Assembly (NCBI GenBank): GCA_045568075.1 | Contig: JBJLBP010000001.1 | Location: forward strand, 570,001 to 602,000 | From: Candidatus Thalassarchaeaceae archaeon | GTDB taxonomy: Archaea > Thermoplasmatota > Poseidoniia > Poseidoniales > Thalassarchaeaceae | Length of the DNA: 32,000 bases | Reading direction: 5' to 3' | Shown: positions 8,694 to 16,251 of the stretch, piece by piece | How the letters are laid out: each line of letters opens with the position of its first letter | Position numbering within the stretch: the stretch's first letter is position 1 | Notes under the pieces: model-generated | Database searches by the model: none | Told to the model about the DNA's origin: nothing | The model's input: the letters and a program-made list of their open reading frames with translations, nothing else | Made by a program: the position numbers and the translations under genes

Positions 8694-9752
8694 ATGCGGC
8701 AATTGAAGGCCTCGGATGAGGGTGTCAGGCTTCGAATCGATGATGCCGATGATCTTTGGACTCTAGCCCAAATTTGCCGGTCTGGAGCTAACCTTGGGAT
8801 GCTCTCACACCGACGAGACTCGACTACTGGGACACAGGATGGTGGACGCGCAAAGTCTGCTGAGCGCAAGCCGATGTGGATCGAGATACAAGTCTCAGAG
8901 TGTGCTTTTCAGGCATTCACCGACAACTTGCGCGTGCATGGGCTAATCACCGAGGCGAAGATCGATATTGGCTCGCATCACACTCATTTGGTGTCTCCTG
9001 GAGACGAGGTCGAGGTTTCGTTTGAGGGTGGTTTGCCTGAGATTGACAGGGCTTTGGTGAAGTCAGCCCTTGCTGCTGGTTCCCAACCAAAATCAGGGCT
9101 GGTTGTTGTAGAGAACGATGAGGTGTTAATCTTCGAGGTAACCGCTCACGGGATTCGCGATGTTTCTTCTTTCTCGATGCGCGGTGGTGGCAAGAAGGCT
9201 GACGATTCAACGGGAGTTCGTCGCGGTTTCTTCGAGCGCGTTGCTCGTGAAACTAAACTTGTGTTTCCTGATCGGATGCCATTGGTTATTTGCGGTCCAG
9301 GGCTAGCTCGAGAGCAATTCGAAGGAATGCTTCGTGCTCTCGGTGCTGAAAATCAGATTCTGAATGCTGCGACTTCTATCGGCGGTCGCTCAGCAGCTAA
9401 CGAGGTTCTTGCAGGTGGAGCTGCCGACGCTGTGCTCGGTGAGCATGAATTGGTTCGACAAGTTCGCGCTATCGAGGAAGGTCTTGCGAGGATTTCCACA
9501 AACGGGGCCGTATCTTACGGCGGCGCTTCGATTGCTGATGCTGCTGAGCAAGGTGCAGTCGAGCAACTTGTGATTGATGCCTCTCTTCTTCGTTCTGACG
9601 ACCGAGCGATTCGCTCTCGTTGGGAAGAGGTTGCCTCGACTGTTTCGACAAATCGCGGCGAGGTGATTCAGGCTTCTGTGGACCACGACGCGGGGCAGCA
9701 GCTCATCGGTATGGGTGGGGCTCTGGCGCTGCTGCGTTGGAAGGTCGATTGA
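8694..9752 (+). CDS. pelA: Pelota (archaeal Dom34 homologue, ribosome rescue / no-go decay factor)
   Basis: The length (352 aa) and N-terminal pattern (..VRLRIDDADDLWTLAQICRSGA..) fit, as do the eRF1-like central and C-terminal domains (VICGPGLAREQF, GAVSYG, VEQLVI). Confidence 0.85.
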   Translation: MRQLKASDEGVRLRIDDADDLWTLAQICRSGANLGMLSHRRDSTTGTQDGGRAKSAERKPMWIEIQVSECAFQAFTDNLRVHGLITEAKIDIGSHHTHLVSPGDEVEVSFEGGLPEIDRALVKSALAAGSQPKSGLVVVENDEVLIFEVTAHGIRDVSSFSMRGGGKKADDSTGVRRGFFERVARETKLVFPDRMPLVICGPGLAREQFEGMLRALGAENQILNAATSIGGRSAANEVLAGGAADAVLGEHELVRQVRAIEEGLARISTNGAVSYGGASIADAAEQGAVEQLVIDASLLRSDDRAIRSRWEEVASTVSTNRGEVIQASVDHDAGQQLIGMGGALALLRWKVD

Positions 9753-10373
9753 ATGGAGACTACCGTTCGTTGCGTTGGGTTTGGCATAGACGTTGTCGAC
9801 TCAGTAATGGATTCTGCTACCGGTGCAACTACGGATCGAGTCGAAGTAAGCGATTTGGCTGATTTCAGTCATGGAGAAATTGATTGGCGAGGCCGACTCG
9901 AAGGAGCTCATTGGCTGGTTTTGTCGGCCTCGACAGTATTGGTTGGTGACAGCGCGCGGAGCGCACAGGGTGCGGGCATGACATTTGCTGAATTCGAAGG
10001 CCCGCGCGTCGTGATGGTCGTCGATTTGCCCGAAGACCCGGATCGCTTGGCCGAGGCATGGGGCTTCGTCATTGAGCGCATCAGGCAGATCCACATTCTC
10101 TTCCTCACGCCTGATGCGCTACCGCGCATAGCATCTCTAGAAGAATTGAGTCAAGACGACTTACTGAGGGAGATTCGTCTGCGCGGAATGGTGCCTCAAG
10201 TCATTGCTTGCGAGCCAGCACAGAATCGCGTCAAAATCGAACACTCGCTAGGCTTGCATAGCGGTTCTTGCGTATCCGAATCAGCCACTACTTGGCTCGG
10301 CCATTACCTCTGTGAATTACCGCGGCAAGGTCCAGGTTCTGATGGTGTGGCCGCTGCCGCAAAACTCAGTTGA
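9753..10373 (+). CDS. Hypothetical protein, translationally abutted to pelota. It may be a remnant of the PfkB/ribokinase-like fold without the GAGD motif.
   Basis: ATG 9753 directly follows the pelota TGA (9750-9752). Weak by-eye resemblance to the PfkB C-terminal half (IHILFLTPDAL, PQVIACEP, SESATTWLGHYLCEL). I recognised no firm family. Confidence 0.45.
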   Translation: METTVRCVGFGIDVVDSVMDSATGATTDRVEVSDLADFSHGEIDWRGRLEGAHWLVLSASTVLVGDSARSAQGAGMTFAEFEGPRVVMVVDLPEDPDRLAEAWGFVIERIRQIHILFLTPDALPRIASLEELSQDDLLREIRLRGMVPQVIACEPAQNRVKIEHSLGLHSGSCVSESATTWLGHYLCELPRQGPGSDGVAAAAKLS

Positions 10374-10498
10374 AGACTGCTTCAACCGACACGAATCCTC
10401 AGGATTCGCATGACTTTTCCTTCCACTTTGCCACACCCCTCTCGAATACCCCTTTAGTAGGACCACCCCTTCCGCCCGACCTGCGAGGAGCGAAGCGT

Positions 10499-11686
10499 AT
10501 GCCACTCAGACTTGGACCGGCCGGTGTTCCGCTCTCTTGCAAGGGCCGAACCATCGTCGAAGGAATGGACGACATCACAGTTCTTGGCTTGGAGACGATG
10601 GAGATTCAAACCGTCCGTCAAGTTCAGCCACATCACTTCGATCAGTACTGGCAGGCTGGTATTCTCAGTCACAAAGCGGAGTTCGAAATGAACGTGCATG
10701 GGCCGTATTACGGCGAACTTTTGGGTACCACACGCGATCGTAATCGAACGCTGTCGAAGATGGAATCGAGCATGCAGGTTGGAAAGATTGTCAATGCTCG
10801 GCACATGGTCTGTCATGTTGGACCATATGCAGAATACGATCCCGGTACCAAAGCAAACGAAGAGGTTGCTAACATATTCACAGGTGTGGTCGAACGTGTC
10901 CGCTCGATATGGGGAGACGAAAAGGAAGAGGAGGAATACTCCGCTTTCCCTTGGGTGCACGAGGCGGAGCCGACCCTTGTGGGAGTCGAGACGTCGGGTC
11001 AGCAGGAACTCTGGGGCACTGTCGAAGAGGTCCTCGAGGTTGTCAATCATGTCGAAGGCACAGTTCCAGTCCTCAATATGGCTCACATCCATGCTAGAGG
11101 CCACGGTCGCCTGAAGACGTCCGAAGATTACGCAGAATTATTCGATCAAGTTCGCGCCACCATCGGCGGGAAGAAGTTCTACTGCCACTTTGCCGGTGTC
11201 GAACATCGTATGGGTAATGCCCAACACTACACGCAGATCAAGAAGTCTGACCTGAAGTTCGAGCCCTTCGCTGAGTATTTGGCTGAGGAGGGCGATTGGA
11301 TGGATATCACTATCATTTCGGATTCGCCATTGCTCGAGCACGATGCGATGTACATGGCTCAGCATTACGACAAGGCTCGCCAGCGCCTTCTCGAGATCCG
11401 TGCTCGCGATGAGCGCCGGATGAAGCTCGCAGCTGAGGCTGGAATCGATGTCGATGAATTAGCTCGGCGCGAGAAGGAACAGGCTGAGGCGCGCAAGAAA
11501 TCACTTGAGACCGAGAAGGACAAGAAGGTCGCTGCTAAGGAGAAGAAGGCTGCTGCAGCAGAGAAGAAAGCTGCTGAAGAAAAGAAGAAAGCTGCTGCAG
11601 CAAAGAAGAAACCTGCCAAGAAAGGCGATGGCAAGATGATGTCCATCGAGGGCAAAGAAGACGAAGAGTTCGAAGACTTGTTTTGA
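10499..11686 (+). CDS. Endonuclease-IV-like / xylose-isomerase-like TIM-barrel protein (AP_endonuc_2 superfamily) with a Lys/Ala-rich C-terminal tail
   Basis: MPLRLGPAGVPLSCKGRT..GL..MEIQ matches the archaeal endo-IV-related family N-terminus. Metal-ligand-like positions are HGPYY, CHVGPY, VGVETSG, NMAHIHARGHG and CHFAGVEH. GAGGAG lies at 10485-10490, 8 nt before ATG 10499. The ORF-track TTG start at 10370 is unlikely. Confidence 0.65.
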   Translation: MPLRLGPAGVPLSCKGRTIVEGMDDITVLGLETMEIQTVRQVQPHHFDQYWQAGILSHKAEFEMNVHGPYYGELLGTTRDRNRTLSKMESSMQVGKIVNARHMVCHVGPYAEYDPGTKANEEVANIFTGVVERVRSIWGDEKEEEEYSAFPWVHEAEPTLVGVETSGQQELWGTVEEVLEVVNHVEGTVPVLNMAHIHARGHGRLKTSEDYAELFDQVRATIGGKKFYCHFAGVEHRMGNAQHYTQIKKSDLKFEPFAEYLAEEGDWMDITIISDSPLLEHDAMYMAQHYDKARQRLLEIRARDERRMKLAAEAGIDVDELARREKEQAEARKKSLETEKDKKVAAKEKKAAAAEKKAAEEKKKAAAAKKKPAKKGDGKMMSIEGKEDEEFEDLF

Positions 11687-11842
11687 TTGGTTCAGTCCCT
11701 GCGATGAATCATATCTCGCTCATGTTGTAAGTCAGAATAAGTCGAGCAATCTCCCCGATTTCACTGGGAGAAAACCTCGTTGCAAAGCACGCTTTGAGTT
11801 GGGAAGGCTTGAAGTCGGAATCGATGTGGCGAGGTCGCTACA

Positions 11843-11918
11843 GGGACTGTAGCTCAGCTGGGAGAGCGCCGCACTGAAGATGCGGAGGCCGCTGGTTCAA
11901 GTCCGGCCAGTCCCACCA
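11843..11918 (+). tRNA. tRNA-Phe: tRNA-Phe (anticodon GAA) with genomically encoded 3' CCA
   Basis: Hand-folded cloverleaf. The acceptor stem GGGACTG pairs with CAGTCCC, and the D arm is GCTC-AGCTGGGA-GAGC. The anticodon arm is CCGCA-CTGAAGA-TGCGG, with GAA at positions 34-36. The variable loop is AGGCC and the T arm is GCTGG-TTCAAGT-CCGGC. The discriminator is A, followed by CCA at 11916-11918. Confidence 0.93.
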
Positions 11919-11923
11919 TATTC

Positions 11924-12751
11924 TCATTCGACGCCGTCGAGGACACGAATTTGCATCTCGTTGAGGGCAGCCACGCCTGCGGTTGCCGATTCTAGTAGTG
12001 CGTCGAGTTCGGCGCGGGTGTAGGTGAATTCTTCTCCAGTTCCTTGGACTTCGACAAACTTGCCGTCTGCCGTCATAACGACGTTCATGTCGACGTCGGC
12101 ATTGCTGTCGAGGATGTAATCCAGATCGGTGTATACTCCTCCATCGATGAGACCAACGCTAATCGCGGCAAGGTCGTGTGGTAGGACCGCATTTTCGTGG
12201 GCTTTTGCCTCTGCTGCGCTCAATGTTGGCGCTTCGACTCCAGCCTTGATTTGGTCATGTTTGAGTCTCTTGTTCGCTGGAAGGCAGCGACCTGCTGCGA
12301 TGAGCCGGCGAATACACAGCCTGAGAGCGATATTTGCGGCTGTGATAGAGGCGCAGCGTGTTCCACCATCAGCATTCAGCACATCACAATCGACTGTGAT
12401 GGCGATTGGGCCGAGTGCCTCAAGGTCGATGGCTCCGCGAAGGCTACGAGCGACTAGGCGCTCAATTTCCTGCGTTCGTCCCTTTGCTCCGCGCCTTTCG
12501 CGCTGGAATCTCGAATCGGTCGAACCGGGTAGGAGTGAATATTCAGCGTGAACCCAACCTCTGTCGGCGTCACGAGGAAACCATCGTGGGAGTGAGGAAG
12601 CTACGGTTGCACAGGCGAGTACCATTGTGTCTCCCTGTCGGTAGAGCACGGAAGCGTCTGCATTCGGTGTGAAATCAAGGGTGACGTCAATCTCCCGGAT
12701 CTCGTCTGCTGCTCTATCGGATGCGATGTCGCCTGACTTCATCTTGGCCAT
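11924..12751 (-). CDS. rph: Ribonuclease PH, bacterial type (not exosome Rrp41-like), with an internal insertion of about 28 aa
   Basis: GWVHAEYSLLPGSTDSR..RE..KGRTQEIERLVARSLRGAIDLEALG..ITVDCDVLNADGGTRCASIT and DMNVVMTADGKFVEVQGTGEE match the bacterial Rph consensus (GWxTAEYxMLPxxT, GRTxEIQRLIxRxLR, DCDVxQADGGTR, DxNVVMT..EVQGTAE). Confidence 0.85.
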   Translation of the reverse strand: MAKMKSGDIASDRAADEIREIDVTLDFTPNADASVLYRQGDTMVLACATVASSLPRWFPRDADRGWVHAEYSLLPGSTDSRFQRERRGAKGRTQEIERLVARSLRGAIDLEALGPIAITVDCDVLNADGGTRCASITAANIALRLCIRRLIAAGRCLPANKRLKHDQIKAGVEAPTLSAAEAKAHENAVLPHDLAAISVGLIDGGVYTDLDYILDSNADVDMNVVMTADGKFVEVQGTGEEFTYTRAELDALLESATAGVAALNEMQIRVLDGVE

Positions 12752-12774
12752 GGCTCACCGGCCGGAATCGCCCG

Positions 12775-12782
12775 TTAATATG
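12775..12782 (-). promoter_or_regulatory. TATA-box-like element (minus strand CATATTAA) about 27 nt upstream of the rph ATG
   Basis: AT-rich octamer in a 74-nt spacer with no SD before ATG 12751. The spacing is consistent with a leaderless mRNA. Confidence 0.3.
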
Positions 12783-12825
12783 TAACGCGGGTTTAATCCC
12801 ACTCGCAAGAGAGATCGACTAGCGC

Positions 12826-13371
12826 TTAGCGGCGCGCGTGCGGAGGTCGAAAGGCGTCGACGATTTTCGAGTCAGTGGTGATGTATGGGCCCCCTATGAG
12901 GTCGATGCAATATGGCACGGCGGCGAAGATTTCGTCGAGAATCTCGCGAATCGATCGAGGCGAACCTGGTAGGTTGAGAATGAGCGTCGATCCTCGAATA
13001 CCTGCGGTCTGTCGGGAGAGAACTGCAGTTGGAACGTGCTTGAGTGAGATTGCTCTCATTTGCTCGCCGAATCCAGGCAGCATCCTCTCACAGACTGCTT
13101 CGGTAGCTTCCGGAGTCACATCGCGTGGAGCGGGGCCAGTTCCTCCGGTGGTTATGATCAGCGAGCAGCCCTCGTCGGACAATTCAATCAAGGCCTGCTC
13201 GATGGATTTCTGGTCATCTTCGACGAGGCGTCGTGAGATTTCCCAAGGTGAGGTAAGCGCCTCGTCGAGGAACGCCTCGATTGCCGGCCCGCTGCGATCT
13301 TCATACTCGCCGGCACTCGCCCTGTCAGAGGCTGTAAGAACGCCGAATCGACAGGGCTCACCAGCGCTCAT
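12826..13371 (-). CDS. moaB: Molybdenum cofactor biosynthesis protein, MoaB/Mog family
   Basis: FGVLTASDRAS.GEYEDRSGP, IITTGGTGPAPRDVTPEAT, PGFGEQMR and NLPGSPRS are canonical MoaB/MogA motifs. Confidence 0.8.
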   Translation of the reverse strand: MSAGEPCRFGVLTASDRASAGEYEDRSGPAIEAFLDEALTSPWEISRRLVEDDQKSIEQALIELSDEGCSLIITTGGTGPAPRDVTPEATEAVCERMLPGFGEQMRAISLKHVPTAVLSRQTAGIRGSTLILNLPGSPRSIREILDEIFAAVPYCIDLIGGPYITTDSKIVDAFRPPHARR

Positions 13372-13609
13372 CGTCTTCTGACAACAGCGCTGAGATGAAA
13401 ACCCAGTCGGTCATCCAACCTCGTCTTCGTAGGGCTATCTTCAAAGACCTCCACGACTGGAAGACATATCCCGGAGACGATGTGGTGTCGAGCCTACCCC
13501 AACCCACACTGAGTAGCATCGTGCTCGCGGACGATTCTGAATCTTCGGATTCTGGTCGGCCCCTGGTTCAAGTAGGCTCGATGTATTGTCTCTGAACATA
13601 GGTGAGCTG

Positions 13610-15301
13610 ATGAGTGAAGATGGAAGGTATGCAGCACAGATTGCTGTCGTTAAAGAAGAATGTGAAGGCGCGGATGAAACTGAGATAATCAATGAGTTCC
13701 GAAGGTATGAGGAGGAATTCATGATTCCACCGGAGGACGCTCTACGTTCAGTGGTACGCAAGTTCCAAATCGCCGCTGGCAAGGAGGTCTCGAACATCTC
13801 CTCACCATCGCGAACAGCTCCTCCTCTGAAGAAGGTCACACGCTTCTCCGAATTGAAAGAGGATGACAAGAACGTCACCATCGAAGTCGCAGTTGTTTCT
13901 TACATTCCGAAGATCCAGACCGTCCGCGGTGAAGAACGTCAAATCGCCTACGGATGGATTGAGGACAGTCCATGGGAAGGCGAGCGCGAGCGCTGGGACT
14001 TCACTGACTGGGGCGATCACTCTGAAAATCTCACGCCCGGCTCGGTCGTCCGACTCGAAGGCGTCTCTGTAAATTTCTGGAACGACCGCCGAGCCCTCAA
14101 CATCAACCGACCGAGTCGAGTTACTGTTCTGAAAGAGGGTGGCCAACCAGTTACCAAGATTTCAGACGAACCGGTTTCCATCGCTGACGCTGGAACAGCT
14201 GAAGGAATTGTCAGCATCGTGGCACGTGTTCTTTCTAAGAAGGATGATCAAATCGTCAAGAAAGATGGAAGTGGAACCCTCGATATCGTGCGTGGTCGCC
14301 TTGCCGACCCGTCTGGAACAATCGGCTTCATCTCATGGCGTGAATTCAATCACGAAGTTGGCTCTCTTGTCAAGATTGATCGCGCGCAAGTTCGCCGATT
14401 CCGTGAGACGCCTGAAATAAACATAGGCGACCTCACAAAAATCGAGCCATTTCACGACAATGCATTCGCGAGCATGGATGATCTGAAATCCTCTACTCGC
14501 TCGACGATTGCTGACCTCAGAGACGGTGCTCGCGACATAGAAATCACCGTCCAAGTCGAAAATTGGCAGGCCCGCACCTTCACCAATGCCAATGGCGAGG
14601 AAAAAACGGTCCGCAGTGGCGATGTGATGGACCCAACTGGTCGCTGTCGCCTTACCTCATGGGGCGAAATGAACCCAGAGCCTGGCTCGTTCCTACACCT
14701 CACTGGAGCTCGCGTACAGTTCTGGCAGGGCTCGCCAGACCTCGTCGTCGATTCAGCCGACCAAGTCATCGATCTTTCTGACCCACCTTGGGAGAAGATT
14801 GACCCTGCTGACCATTGGGTAGAGGTCGATCTAACCACACTTCTGGGTGGTGGTTCTCGACGGGGTATACGAACCTCTGGAACCGTCGTCGCCATCGGGA
14901 ATAATTCAGGCATCATCGAGCGTTGTCCTGATTGTCGTAGGGTGCTAAGAGACGGCGCTTGTGCAGACCATGGACCACAGCGAGGCGAAGAGGATGTACG
15001 AATCAGGCTCGTTCTCGATAATGGAGTCTCAAATGCTTCTCTTCTTATTGGGAAAGATGCCACTGAGTCCTTTACCGGAATGGATCAAGATCAGATTAAG
15101 GATGCTATCAATGCCAATACTCAGTCAGGTTACCTTGCAACTCTGCGGGAAAGATTCCTTGCTCGCAAACTCACCATCAACGGCAGGGCGATGGTCGACG
15201 GACAGGGAGCGATTCTGATGGCTGATACAGTCGAAGTCGACACTGAGACTCCTGAAGAAGCGGCGAAAGCGGTCATGAATCGCTGGGGGGTGATTCTGTG
15301 A
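13610..15301 (+). CDS. rpa: Replication protein A (single-stranded-DNA-binding protein) with multiple OB folds and a zinc knuckle
   Basis: Repeated OB-fold-sized units (VTIEVAVVSY.., IVSIVARVLSK.., IEITVQVENW.., TSGTVVAIG..). A C-x2-C-x8-C-x2-H zinc motif, CPDCRRVLRDGACADH, lies at 14924-14971. SD GGTGAG at 13601-13606 precedes ATG 13610 (ORF-track TTG at 13586). Confidence 0.8.
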   Translation: MSEDGRYAAQIAVVKEECEGADETEIINEFRRYEEEFMIPPEDALRSVVRKFQIAAGKEVSNISSPSRTAPPLKKVTRFSELKEDDKNVTIEVAVVSYIPKIQTVRGEERQIAYGWIEDSPWEGERERWDFTDWGDHSENLTPGSVVRLEGVSVNFWNDRRALNINRPSRVTVLKEGGQPVTKISDEPVSIADAGTAEGIVSIVARVLSKKDDQIVKKDGSGTLDIVRGRLADPSGTIGFISWREFNHEVGSLVKIDRAQVRRFRETPEINIGDLTKIEPFHDNAFASMDDLKSSTRSTIADLRDGARDIEITVQVENWQARTFTNANGEEKTVRSGDVMDPTGRCRLTSWGEMNPEPGSFLHLTGARVQFWQGSPDLVVDSADQVIDLSDPPWEKIDPADHWVEVDLTTLLGGGSRRGIRTSGTVVAIGNNSGIIERCPDCRRVLRDGACADHGPQRGEEDVRIRLVLDNGVSNASLLIGKDATESFTGMDQDQIKDAINANTQSGYLATLRERFLARKLTINGRAMVDGQGAILMADTVEVDTETPEEAAKAVMNRWGVIL

Positions 15302-16251
15302 TGTCCCAACCCGCACGCAGAGTCCGCCAAACAGCGGTACGCCTCTTCGCTCAGGAATACATGGATGCCGACCTACCAGAGGAAGGAGCAGGCGAATATG
15401 ATCCATCCTTCGTCATCACCAAACTTGGAGCGAAGGTCAACCGCGCTCTCGTTGGTGGGGTCATCGATAGAGTCGAGCGTCGCGAAACCGATAACGGCTC
15501 ATTCTACACTGGTCATCTTCGCGACCCGACCGGAACTCATCGCTTTGAGGTCGCTTCTTTCCAGCCGGAACTTCACGCTGACATCGAAGAGATTCTCAAT
15601 CGCTTTGAGTCCGGCGACCGATTCCTAATGTTGCTCGTCGGTCGAGCACGCTGGTTCGAGACTGAGGATGGCGGTGTGTTCACTTCATTCCGCGCCGAGG
15701 AATTCACCATCGTCGACAAGGATCGATACACACACTGGCTCGTCGAGACATCAGAAGCCACCCTCCGTCGCCTCGACGCCTTCGAAGCCTCGATTGAATC
15801 CGACCTAACTCCTGCCGCCCTCGAGGCCTCGGGAGTTCCAACAGACCTCGTCGATGGTACGATTCTCGCAAGAGGTCATTACGGTGAATTCGACACTGAG
15901 AATTACCGTGTAGGAGTCCTCCAAGGGCTTTCGATGGCGACTGGCTCAGACGTTTTGATCGAGGCGCCACCTGCTGCTCAACCGACACTCGAGCAGTCTT
16001 CCGATGCGCCTTCGGCCGTAGCGGAGGCACCAGCCTCTCCAACTCCAACTGGAGATGTCACCGAAGTTATCGTCGAGACAATTCGAGCAAAGGACGATGG
16101 TGGCGGTGTGGATTACGATACTCTCGTTCACGCCGCAGTCACATCAGGACATAGCCGAGAAGCTGCTGAAGATGCAATCGACAACCTTCGAGACATCGAG
16201 GGTTCAATCATCGAGCCAAGATTCAGCTACTTCCGGTTGACACCGGAGTGA
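15301..16251 (+). CDS. rpap: RPA-associated protein (COG3390-like OB-fold protein, Rpap) with a C-terminal extension
   Basis: The start overlaps the rpa stop (TGATG). The pattern VRLFAQEY..DPSFVITKLGAKVNRALVGGVI..DPTGTHRF..FQPE..VGRARWFE..FRAEEF.IVD...Y..WLVETSEATLRRL matches my memory of euryarchaeal Rpap proteins encoded next to rpa. Confidence 0.65.
   Translation: MSQPARRVRQTAVRLFAQEYMDADLPEEGAGEYDPSFVITKLGAKVNRALVGGVIDRVERRETDNGSFYTGHLRDPTGTHRFEVASFQPELHADIEEILNRFESGDRFLMLLVGRARWFETEDGGVFTSFRAEEFTIVDKDRYTHWLVETSEATLRRLDAFEASIESDLTPAALEASGVPTDLVDGTILARGHYGEFDTENYRVGVLQGLSMATGSDVLIEAPPAAQPTLEQSSDAPSAVAEAPASPTPTGDVTEVIVETIRAKDDGGGVDYDTLVHAAVTSGHSREAAEDAIDNLRDIEGSIIEPRFSYFRLTPE

Noticed and set aside
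10454-11104. Long antisense ORFs inside well-supported genes. Examples are 10454-11104(-), 12875-13381(+), 14452-15063(-), 23869-24414(-), 28430-29005(-), 22489-22845(+), 423-884(-) and 8441-8869(-).
   Set aside because: All lie opposite genes with clear family signatures. Their translations are Arg/Ser/Pro-rich with no motifs, which is typical of stop-poor antisense frames in moderately GC-rich coding DNA.
11495-11623. Periodic AAG/GCT-rich DNA repeat that looks like a tandem or CRISPR-like array at the nucleotide level
   Set aside because: It is in frame within the endo-IV-like CDS and simply encodes the Lys/Ala low-complexity tail. It has no spacer/repeat organisation.
11750-11771. 6-bp inverted repeat TCTCCC..GGGAGA upstream of tRNA-Phe as a regulatory hairpin or small RNA
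   Set aside because: It has a short stem, a 10-nt loop and no flanking T-run or promoter-like element, so it is within chance expectation for a 156-nt spacer.
13563-13573. 11-nt copy of the tRNA-Phe T-arm (CTGGTTCAAGT) as a possible att site or direct repeat of an integrated element bounded by the tRNA
   Set aside because: The match is only 11 nt. The enclosed 1.6 kb holds just rph and moaB (housekeeping genes, no integrase). The flanking sequence cannot be folded into a tRNA or tRNA fragment.
13395-13595. 66-codon ORF filling the moaB-rpa spacer
   Set aside because: It has no SD, no recognisable motif, no hydrophobic segment and an unremarkable composition. I kept it only as a possibility under the spacer finding, not as a called CDS.
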